Shown here: piece by piece, positions 1 through 7,590 of the stretch
How the letters are laid out: each line of letters opens with the position of its first letter
Numbering within the stretch: position 1 is the first letter of the stretch
Assembly: GCA_035606815.1 (NCBI GenBank)
Contig: DATNEC010000443.1
Span: forward strand, 1 to 34,096
DNA: 34,096 nucleotides
Direction: 5' to 3'
From: Pirellulales bacterium
GTDB taxonomy: Bacteria; Planctomycetota; Planctomycetia; Pirellulales; JAICIG01
Notes under the pieces: generated by a model
Told to the model about the DNA's origin: nothing
The model's input: only the letters and a program-made list of their open reading frames with translations
The model's database searches: none
Made by a program: the position numbers and the translations under genes

Positions 1-3000
1 GGCTCCGCCACCGTCTCGGGCGACGCGATCGGCGACGTCGCTTCGACCTCCCCGAGCCATTTGCGAAAACCGCGCAACACGGCGCGGCCCGCCTTGCGCG
101 AAGTCGAATCGGTCGTCTTGGGCTGGTCCTTCTTGTTCGGATCTTTTTTGGCCGGGTCTGGCTTCGTCTCGGGCGGCGCGGCGACCGGGCGGTCGGTGAA
201 CACCAACCGCTTCGAAGACTTGATCGTGCGGACCACCACTTCGTGCTTGTCCACGTCGCTGCTCACGTCGACCATGTTGATCGGCCCCGGCAAATCCTCT
301 TCATAAAGCACGCGGCCGTTGCGCTTGTCCAGGCACATCACGTTGCCGTGCGGGGTCGAGACATTGCCCTTCTGCGAATGAATGTTGGCGGCGAAGGTCA
401 GAATCGGCAGATCGTAAGGCTGGCTGGTCGACAGGCCCTTGTGTTCCAACCGCGTCGAAAAGACCTTTTGTCCGGTCGTGCGGTCGAAGCCATGCACCAT
501 GCCGTCGATCACCACGCCCGGATTCGGCGCGGGCATCACGTTGATGTTATTGCGCTGCTGCGGCCGGTTGGTGAGCAACAGATCTCGGGTTGCGGAGCGA
601 ACTAGGTAGATGTCGTTCAGCGACGGCTCGGCGGCAACCTCGGCGTCGATCGTCGCCCGGCCCTCGGGCAGCGACAGCAGCACGAAACGCCCGTTGCGCT
701 GCATCACTCCGATCGCCTCTTCGCCCAATAAAGCGAACTTCGCGTCGACGTCGAACTCGCGGCGCCACAGCTCTTTCTGCTCCCAGGGGTCGAGCAGTTT
801 CAACGTGGCTTTGCCGTTGGCGTCGCCAAAACTCCAAACCAGCGCCAGCCGGCCCAGCGTCGTCACGCGCTGATCGAGCGACGGCAGAGCGCGGCGGCCC
901 AGCTCTTGGCCGTCCGCCGTGCGGAAAACAAGGGCCTCGTGCGAATTCTGCGGCGAGACGAACAGCAGCTTGTCGTCGCCGAAAATATCGCTGCCGGCGG
1001 GAATGTCGCTACGGACCCACAGCGTTTCGCCGTCCAACGGATGCACCACGGCCAGGTTGCGAAGACGCTGGAAGCAAACGAAGTCGTCGCCCACGGGGCC
1101 GGTGTTTCCGATCGGCCGCCCGTGACTATCGATGGCCTGGATGCGCGGCTGGCCGCCCTGCACGGCCATCGCTCGAATGGTCGCTTGACGCGCCGCCCCG
1201 CCGCCTTCGCTCAGATCCTGGCGCCACAACACGCGCGGCCCCAGTTTCGCCGACGCGCCCAAGGTGTCGATGGCCACCAGTTGATAGCCGAGCGAGGCCA
1301 ATAGGAAATGGCCGTCGACGCGCACGTGGTTGATCGCCGGATTGAAGCCCATGTTGTTCATTCCGCCCCGTTCGTGCAGCGCCACGCGCCATGTTTCGCG
1401 GCCGAGGCCGTCGCGCGCGACCAGCGCCCCTTGCTGCTGGTCCGACTCGAGCGTCGCATGCTCGAAGAACGGGCCTTGCGGCCCGCGAAAGTCGATCGCA
1501 CTATTGCGGAACGTGGCCAACGACGGCGACTGCTCGGCATGTGTTTCCACTTCCCCTTCCGGCCAGGCGACCGGGCCGGCGAGTTGCCGGCGCAATTCCT
1601 GGGCGCCGCTCATCGCTTCGACCAATTGGCGCCCCGTCTTGCCGTCGAGGCATACGACATCCGCCCACTCGTCTTGCAGCTTTTGGCAGGACTGCGCCGC
1701 GTCGGCGTAGCGACCCGCCTTGCACAATAATTCAGCCAGCCGCGCCACGGCGGCGCGGGCGCGGTCCGCGTCGGGCGATCGCTCGAGACGAAGCAAAAGC
1801 TGTTCCGCCTCCAGCCGCGATTCTCCGCCGAGCAGGCGAACGGCCAACAACTCGCGGGCCTCGTCCGCTTCCGGATAAGCCTCGAAAAAGCTGATGAAGG
1901 CCCGCAGGCTGTCGGGGTCGTCGGCGTCTTTCGCCTCGGCCAGCCGCGCTTGCAGCTTTTGCCGCATGGTCGCCCGGTCGCTCAACTCCGCCGACTCCCA
2001 CAGCGCAGCCAAGCGCGCCCGGACCCAGCGGTCGCGTCGCACCGACAAGCCTTGCTCGACCTTTTCCAATTCGCGGGGCGGATTTGTCAGATCGACCATT
2101 CGCAAGTAGGCGTCGAACGCGGCCAGCGCATCGCCGGCCTGCTGCAGGCCGGCGGCCGTCAGCCGCAGAAGGCGCGCTTGCTGGGCGGGCTGATCCGCCA
2201 ACCGTTCGACCTCGGCCACCTGCTCGCGGTGCGCCGCGAAGTCGAGCCGTAGGCCCTCCAGCAGGGCATCGACGAGCAGCTCGCGCGTGCGCGGATCGGA
2301 CTGTAATTCGAAACTGCGACGCAATTCCGCGATGGCGGCGTCCAGCTTGCCCTCGTCGAGCAATAGTTCTCCGTGGCGGGCCACGGCCGGCGGATTGTTG
2401 GGATGCGCCGCCAGGGTGGCCGCGACCTGCTTTCGCAAGTCGTCCAGTTGATAGAAACATTCCAACTGATCGATGCCTTGCGAAATCACGGCCCCCTGAT
2501 AGCAGATCAAATTGCCCGGCACGGCGCCGCTGCGCGAACGGCTGCGGCCGACGATCTTTCCGGTTTCGACGTCGATGGCGTCGACCTCGGCCGAGGTCAA
2601 CGGCAGGAAGTAGCGCTCGCCGTCGAAAAATCCGCGGCCGCTCGGCATGGCGCCCGATGGCAGCACGCTCGCTTCGGGCCACGCCGGCTCGCCATCGGCC
2701 AACCGCAGCGCTCGAACGTTCCGGCTATCGACGATGACGACCTTTCCGTCGTGGACGCAGGCCACGTAGATTCCGCCATCGCGCGGCTTCTGCCATTCGA
2801 GTTTGCCGTCGACGAGATCCAAGCAGTGAATGTTGGGCGATTCGACGGGCGTCAGCAAGACGCGCCCTTCGGCGATCGTCACGCTGGCATCGGCCCAACG
2901 ATCGCTCTCGCTGGCGTCGTTGACCTGCGGGAGACCGCCAAAGCGAAGTTGAAGCATCCGGTTCTGGTAGCTGGGATCGACGGCCCGCGGATACTGGTAT

Positions 3001-4790
3001 CCCCAGAGCAGCGAGCGCGTCGTCAGATCGACCGCCACCACGGCGCCCGCCGAAGTAGGACAGACCAGCACGCCGTCGGAATAGGAAGGCGTGGCGCCGG
3101 CCACGCGCCGCAGCGGATCTTCGAGGATGCTGCGCTCGACGATGGCGATTTGTTGCGACCACAACACGTCGCCGCTCTCGGCTTCAAGCGCCAACAGCCG
3201 AACTTCGCCCTTGAGTTCAGCCAGCACGTACAACCGCCCGGCCAGCGGCAACGGCGGGCCAAGGAAGAACGCCCCGGCGAGCCGCAACTCGTCCTCCTGC
3301 GGTTCGCCGCCCAATTCCCAACTCAGCTTGCCCTCGGTGGCGATTTCGTAGGCCGCCAGGCGGTTGTAGAAAATCGTGTTGGGCGTCACCACTCGGCCGT
3401 TGTTGACGACCATCAATTGCTGCGGCCGTCCGCCCCCCGGCACGGCCTCTTGCAAGTTGCCCGCCAGGTCTTCGACGCAATACAACCGATCGCCGTCGCT
3501 GCTGAGCGTGCCGTACGTCGCGTCGTCCCAGACTCGCTGCTCCAGCCAATTGGAAAACGGCGAAGGCCCGCGCCCCTGGGCCGCGGGGCCGCTCTGCCGC
3601 AACATTTCTTCCGCTTGCTTGTCGAGCGGTCCGTTCCAGATGCGTTTGCCGGTGCGGAAATCGATGGCCTCCAGGCCGTTCACGCTCCGCATGAAGACAT
3701 AATCTTTGACCGCCAAGGGATGCAGTCCCGGCGTCAGGCGGCCGCCCTGCTCCAGGTGCTCTTGCTGCATGTCCGAGAGCTGCCGTTCCAGTTGCGGGTC
3801 GTTCGCCGAAGGCACGGCCCAACGACGATTCAACAGCGGACTGCTGCCGGGACTGGCGGCGTTGCGCGTCGGGCCGCCGCGGTACATGGTCCATTGGTCC
3901 GGTCCCGCGCTGTCCGGCGATTGGGCCGGTTCGCCGGCGGCCGCGGAAAGCCATGCGATCGCTTGCGAATCGCTGGAGAACAACTTCCGCGTTTTGCCGG
4001 CGATCTGGAATTCGGCGTTCGGCGCCACGCGCTTCAGTTCCAAGAGCACGGCGGCGGCTTGCGAAGACATGCCGGCCCGCAGCCAGCAGGCGGCCAACTT
4101 CAGCGACAGCGTAGGCTCGAAAGGCGTCGCGGCCTGGGCGGTTTCCTGCAAGCGCCGCAGACAAAGCGCCGCCGCCAGCGGCCGTCCCGATTCCATCTCC
4201 GAGCTGCCCAACAGATAAGTGGCCTCATAGCCGGCTTCGGTATGGAAGAACTGCCGGCTGATCGCGGCCAAGGCGTCGGCGTCGCCCGCGGCGATCGCAT
4301 CGACGAGCATCTTCCGGGCTTGGGCGCCGTATTGCAATTCGTAAGAGGCCTTGCCCTCGGCGGGCATTTCGCCGATCAAGCGGCGCGCCTCGCCTTTCAG
4401 ACTGCGGAAGACAGGCGAATCGCGGTCGGGCTGAAAGAACCCGTCTTCGGGCAATGCCAAGAGGTCGCCCAGCAGCCGCACCGCCTCGCCGTACCGCTTT
4501 TCTCCGAGCAGTTCTCGGGCCTGCGAAAACTTCTGCATCGTGCTGCGGTCGGGAGGATAGAAAACGCTTTCGACCCCCTCGGCGGTCATCGCATCAGGAT
4601 CGGCCGCGGCCCTCAGCCCCCGTCGCGGCAAAAGCCGTCTCGCAGCGGCTGGCGGTTGCACGAAGCCGCGCTGGGCGAACGCCGCGGGCTGCAATTCGCC
4701 GCTCAAGAGCAGCCATGAAACCAGCGCCGCCGAAACGGCTCCGCGGCTCCGACTCCGTCCGCGCACCTCTCTAGACGGTCTGTCCATCAT
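1..4790 (-). CDS. Large secreted PQQ-like (BamB-type) beta-propeller repeat protein with a central TPR-like helical segment; C-terminus lies beyond base 1 (>=1596 codons in window)
   Basis: Absent from the ORF track because there is no stop inside the window. Hand translation of the minus strand from ATGATG at 4790 (MMDRPSREVRGRSRSRGAVSAALVSWLLLSGELQPAAFAQ...) stays open to base 1. It is the only minus frame with no ORF-track entries across 1-4790. Repeated propeller-blade-like text: AVKDYVFMRSVNGLEAIDFRTGKRIW, VCPTSAGAVVAVDLTTRSLLWGY, NIHCLDLVDGKLEWQ, AEVDAIDVETGKIV. A helical repeat segment is also present (GELLLDEGKLDAAIAELRRSFEL). Composition is normal, unlike the Arg-rich frames on the track. 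Confidence 0.75.
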   Translation of the reverse strand, partial: MMDRPSREVRGRSRSRGAVSAALVSWLLLSGELQPAAFAQRGFVQPPAAARRLLPRRGLRAAADPDAMTAEGVESVFYPPDRSTMQKFSQARELLGEKRYGEAVRLLGDLLALPEDGFFQPDRDSPVFRSLKGEARRLIGEMPAEGKASYELQYGAQARKMLVDAIAAGDADALAAISRQFFHTEAGYEATYLLGSSEMESGRPLAAALCLRRLQETAQAATPFEPTLSLKLAACWLRAGMSSQAAAVLLELKRVAPNAEFQIAGKTRKLFSSDSQAIAWLSAAAGEPAQSPDSAGPDQWTMYRGGPTRNAASPGSSPLLNRRWAVPSANDPQLERQLSDMQQEHLEQGGRLTPGLHPLAVKDYVFMRSVNGLEAIDFRTGKRIWNGPLDKQAEEMLRQSGPAAQGRGPSPFSNWLEQRVWDDATYGTLSSDGDRLYCVEDLAGNLQEAVPGGGRPQQLMVVNNGRVVTPNTIFYNRLAAYEIATEGKLSWELGGEPQEDELRLAGAFFLGPPLPLAGRLYVLAELKGEVRLLALEAESGDVLWSQQIAIVERSILEDPLRRVAGATPSYSDGVLVCPTSAGAVVAVDLTTRSLLWGYQYPRAVDPSYQNRMLQLRFGGLPQVNDASESDRWADASVTIAEGRVLLTPVESPNIHCLDLVDGKLEWQKPRDGGIYVACVHDGKVVIVDSRNVRALRLADGEPAWPEASVLPSGAMPSGRGFFDGERYFLPLTSAEVDAIDVETGKIVGRSRSRSGAVPGNLICYQGAVISQGIDQLECFYQLDDLRKQVAATLAAHPNNPPAVARHGELLLDEGKLDAAIAELRRSFELQSDPRTRELLVDALLEGLRLDFAAHREQVAEVERLADQPAQQARLLRLTAAGLQQAGDALAAFDAYLRMVDLTNPPRELEKVEQGLSVRRDRWVRARLAALWESAELSDRATMRQKLQARLAEAKDADDPDSLRAFISFFEAYPEADEARELLAVRLLGGESRLEAEQLLLRLERSPDADRARAAVARLAELLCKAGRYADAAQSCQKLQDEWADVVCLDGKTGRQLVEAMSGAQELRRQLAGPVAWPEGEVETHAEQSPSLATFRNSAIDFRGPQGPFFEHATLESDQQQGALVARDGLGRETWRVALHERGGMNNMGFNPAINHVRVDGHFLLASLGYQLVAIDTLGASAKLGPRVLWRQDLSEGGGAARQATIRAMAVQGGQPRIQAIDSHGRPIGNTGPVGDDFVCFQRLRNLAVVHPLDGETLWVRSDIPAGSDIFGDDKLLFVSPQNSHEALVFRTADGQELGRRALPSLDQRVTTLGRLALVWSFGDANGKATLKLLDPWEQKELWRREFDVDAKFALLGEEAIGVMQRNGRFVLLSLPEGRATIDAEVAAEPSLNDIYLVRSATRDLLLTNRPQQRNNINVMPAPNPGVVIDGMVHGFDRTTGQKVFSTRLEHKGLSTSQPYDLPILTFAANIHSQKGNVSTPHGNVMCLDKRNGRVLYEEDLPGPINMVDVSSDVDKHEVVVRTIKSSKRLVFTDRPVAAPPETKPDPAKKDPNKKDQPKTTDSTSRKAGRAVLRGFRKWLGEVEATSPIASPETVAE

Positions 4791-5135
4791 GCCGCCGCTC
4801 CTGCTTGCCGGCCCGTTCCGCATGCTTCCCTCGCCGCGGATGAGCCATAACTTTAGTTCAAGCAATATCTTACACGAAAGAAGCGCAATCGGCAAGAAAC
4901 CGAGGGAGCGTGCGGCTTGCAACGTTTCGAGGGAAAATGCGGCCGGCGAGTGCGGCAATTTCGCATCGAGAGCCGATGGATTGCTGGACAACTGCACTTT
5001 TCAGCGTATTTTTCAAAGGTTTCTCTGGTTTTGTGGGTTGCTTTTTCGTGTTGGTCGAGTTTAATCATCGCGTCCATGAGTTCGGACGGACGTACGTTTC
5101 ACTTTCTCCAAACCCGCAGGGAGGGTAAAGATACT

Positions 5136-5477
5136 ATGGCGAAAGCCGCAGCAGCATCCGCGAAGAAGGCCAAGGCTCCGACGAAGAGCGAGATTCTGAA
5201 CAACATTGCCAGCGCCACCGATTTGTCGAGGAAGGACGTTTCCGCCGTCCTCGACGCTCTGGCCGCCGAGATCAAGAAGGCCGTCAGCGGCCGCGGTCCT
5301 GGCGTGTTCGCCATTCCGGGCCTGGTCAAGATCGAGCGCAAACAAGTTCCGGCACGGCCCGCTCAGAAGAACGTGCCGAACCCGTTCAAGCCGGGCGAAT
5401 TGATGGACCGCGCCGCCAAGCCGGCCTACAAGAAAATCAAGGTCCGCCCGCTGAAGAACCTCAAGTCGATGGCCTAA
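5136..5477 (+). CDS. HU/IHF-family DNA-binding protein with a Lys/Ala-rich N-terminal extension (113 aa)
   Basis: Internal ATG of track ORF 4917..5477, preceded by GGGAGGG at 5119-5125. Sequence MAKAAAASAKKAKAPTKSEILNNIASATDLSRKDVSAVLDALAAEIKKAV...GVFAIPGLVKIERKQVPARPAQKNVPNPFKPGE has the HU fold pattern (helix-turn-helix dimer core, then beta-arm). The upstream part of the track ORF looks non-coding. Confidence 0.85.
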   Translation: MAKAAAASAKKAKAPTKSEILNNIASATDLSRKDVSAVLDALAAEIKKAVSGRGPGVFAIPGLVKIERKQVPARPAQKNVPNPFKPGELMDRAAKPAYKKIKVRPLKNLKSMA

Positions 5478-5509
5478 GCCGACGACGATTCGGTAGAACT
5501 AATCCAGCG

Positions 5510-5553
5510 GCCCGGCCCGCTTTCGCCTGAAGCGGGCCGGGCTGTTTGCTTTC
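5510..5553. terminator. Rho-independent terminator hairpin between convergent HU and esterase genes
   Basis: Perfect 13-bp stem GCCCGGCCCGCTT (5510-5522) / AAGCGGGCCGGGC (5530-5542) with a 7-nt loop, followed by TGTTTGCTTTCTT on the plus strand. Confidence 0.7.
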
Positions 5554-5592
5554 TTGCGTGCGACGGCGCCGAACATCAAGCCCGGCGCTCTC

Positions 5593-6519
5593 TCATCCTT
5601 CCGCCTTCGTCCTTTCCAACAATCCCCGGCCTTTGAGCCAGTCGGCCAATCGGCCCGACCAGGTGGAAAGAATCGGATCTTTCGCGGCCAGGCCGACGCC
5701 GTGCGGGCCGCGCTCGTAGATGTGCAACTCGGCCGGGATCTTGTGCTTCTTCAAGGCGAGATAAAACAGCGCGCTGTTCTCCGGACGCACGCCCGTGTCT
5801 GCATCGGTGTGGAACAAAAACGTCGGCGGGGTCTGGTCAGTCACCTGCGTCTCGTTCGACAGGCTTTCGACCAGCTTCGGCTCGGCGTCTTTGCCCAGCA
5901 GGTTGTTGCGCGAGCCGACGTGCGCGTACTCGGTGTTCAGCGAAATCACGGGGTAGCATAGGATCAAGAAGTCGGGGCGACAACTGACGCGATCGATCGG
6001 GTCTTTCGCTTCCGGGTTGCCGGCGTCGAAGTGCGTTCCGGCGGTCGAAGCCAGATGGCCGCCGGCCGAAAAGCCCATGATGCCGATCCGCTTGGGATCG
6101 AGTTTCCATTCGGCGGCGCGTGCCCGCACCAGCCGAATCGCTCTTTGCGCGTCGGTCAGCGGCGCCGGGTGCTTGTACTTCGGCGCAATGCGATATTTCA
6201 GCACGAAGGCCGTCACGCCCAGCGACTTGTAAAACTCGCCCAAGTCGTGTCCCTCGTGCCCGACGGCCAGGTGGCCGTAGCCGCCCCCGGGCAGCACGAC
6301 CACGCCCGTTCCATTGGCCTTGTCGGCGGCAGGTTGGTAAACGTTCAGCGTCGGCTTGTCGGCAGGCTCGTCGCCGACCGCGCCCGGCGCGCCGCCGGGC
6401 CATAGTTCGATGACCGGACCGGTGAGCGGGTCGGCGGCGAAGCAAAGTTCGTTGGCTGCGAATTGCTGCCCCAACGCCGCGGCCAGTAGTCCGGCAGCAA
6501 TCATCCGAAAAGATCTCAT
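5593..6519 (-). CDS. Secreted alpha/beta-hydrolase fold esterase (Abhydrolase_3 / carbohydrate-esterase-like)
   Basis: Track ORF of 308 aa. N-terminal signal peptide MRSFRMIAAGLLAAALG, oxyanion-type LPGGGY, nucleophile elbow GFSAGGH, later FHTDADTGV and GPHGVG consistent with a Ser-Asp-His triad. Confidence 0.85.
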   Translation of the reverse strand: MRSFRMIAAGLLAAALGQQFAANELCFAADPLTGPVIELWPGGAPGAVGDEPADKPTLNVYQPAADKANGTGVVVLPGGGYGHLAVGHEGHDLGEFYKSLGVTAFVLKYRIAPKYKHPAPLTDAQRAIRLVRARAAEWKLDPKRIGIMGFSAGGHLASTAGTHFDAGNPEAKDPIDRVSCRPDFLILCYPVISLNTEYAHVGSRNNLLGKDAEPKLVESLSNETQVTDQTPPTFLFHTDADTGVRPENSALFYLALKKHKIPAELHIYERGPHGVGLAAKDPILSTWSGRLADWLKGRGLLERTKAEG

Positions 6520-6577
6520 ATCCGGTTCCTTGTTGCTCTATCGCGACGGACTGGAAGTCCGTCCTACCATTCATAAC

Positions 6578-7585
6578 CTACTGCGTCAGCTTCCAGCCTT
6601 CCTCGCTCGCTTTCAACCCCGAATGGCCGGCATATTGGTCGTAGACCTGCTCCATTTCTTCAATCGAATCAAAAAAGCCGACGATGAATGCGGCGCTGAA
6701 CGACTCGCCGGCCTTGATCGACCGGCCGCCGAACTCTTCGATCATGCAAATGTAGCCGCGCTCGTGACACCAGGCTTCGCTGACGTCGGCGGCGTTGAGC
6801 GTCATCCCGGCGAGCCAAGGCCCGGCCTTGCCCGACCTCGGATCGCGCAGGTGGTAAGCCCGAATCATTCGCTTCGGGATCTTCGAGTCGTCGCGGCGAT
6901 AGTTGAACTTGGCGTCAGGCGCAAAAGCCTTGTCGAACTCGCTGACCGGAATCTTGCCGGCATAGCTCAGGTAGACTTCGCTGAACGTATCTCCGTGCTG
7001 ATGTTTGACGTGGCCCGGCATGTCGAGCCGCAAGAACATCGCCGGGCTGTCGTTCACTGCGTCGATCCGGTCGGACGAGATGAAGTAGCGCTTTCCCGCG
7101 GGAAACACGATCGTCTGCGACCAGCGGCTGCCCGTCTTCTTGCCGGGGGCCGCGGTCTTGTAGCGATACTCTTGCTCGATGGCGACAAAGTCCTTGCCGC
7201 GAATGACGAACGGCTCCAGCCGTTTGGCTTGCGTGCAGATTTGCGGGCCTTCGATCGAGCGCTTCGGCGTGTCGCCGTGGTATGAATTGCCGTATTCGTA
7301 GACCATTTCCTTCGGCAACTGCTCGCGATATTCCTTGTCGCTGCCCGGCTCCATGATCCAATCGACGATATCCAACCCGAAGCCCGCATCGCGAAAGCCG
7401 GTCTTCTTATCCAGCAGCGACCCGGCCGCCACGCCACTTACATAGCCTTGCTTGCGGATCACGGCTTCCAAGTCGGGTGTGACGAGCTTGATTTCCTGCT
7501 CGTTTTCGGTGATTTGAAAATCGTCTGCGCGAAGCAAAGAGTCGGACGCGGACAACGTGCAAATCAACAAAACCCAAGTGCGCAT
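6578..7585 (-). CDS. Secreted hypothetical protein (no family recognised)
   Basis: Track ORF of 335 aa with signal-like N-terminus MRTWVLLICTLSASDSLLRA and balanced, non-shadow composition (many K, E, Y, F, I). Sits 5 nt downstream of the preceding minus-strand gene. Confidence 0.7.
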   Translation of the reverse strand: MRTWVLLICTLSASDSLLRADDFQITENEQEIKLVTPDLEAVIRKQGYVSGVAAGSLLDKKTGFRDAGFGLDIVDWIMEPGSDKEYREQLPKEMVYEYGNSYHGDTPKRSIEGPQICTQAKRLEPFVIRGKDFVAIEQEYRYKTAAPGKKTGSRWSQTIVFPAGKRYFISSDRIDAVNDSPAMFLRLDMPGHVKHQHGDTFSEVYLSYAGKIPVSEFDKAFAPDAKFNYRRDDSKIPKRMIRAYHLRDPRSGKAGPWLAGMTLNAADVSEAWCHERGYICMIEEFGGRSIKAGESFSAAFIVGFFDSIEEMEQVYDQYAGHSGLKASEEGWKLTQ

Positions 7586-7590
7586 GATCG

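Noticed and set aside
590-4300. Multiple Arg-rich ORFs on both strands (590..1333, 1391..1894, 1732..2682, 2084..2737, 2725..3162, 3217..4164 and others)
   Set aside because: Extreme Arg/Pro/Ala content, mutual overlap, and all overlap the continuous minus-strand coding frame.
2373-4718. 781-aa plus-strand ORF, the longest in the track
   Set aside because: It is antisense to the open PQQ-propeller frame. Its composition is dominated by R, A, G and Q, with no recognisable motifs. This is typical of a high-G+C shadow ORF.
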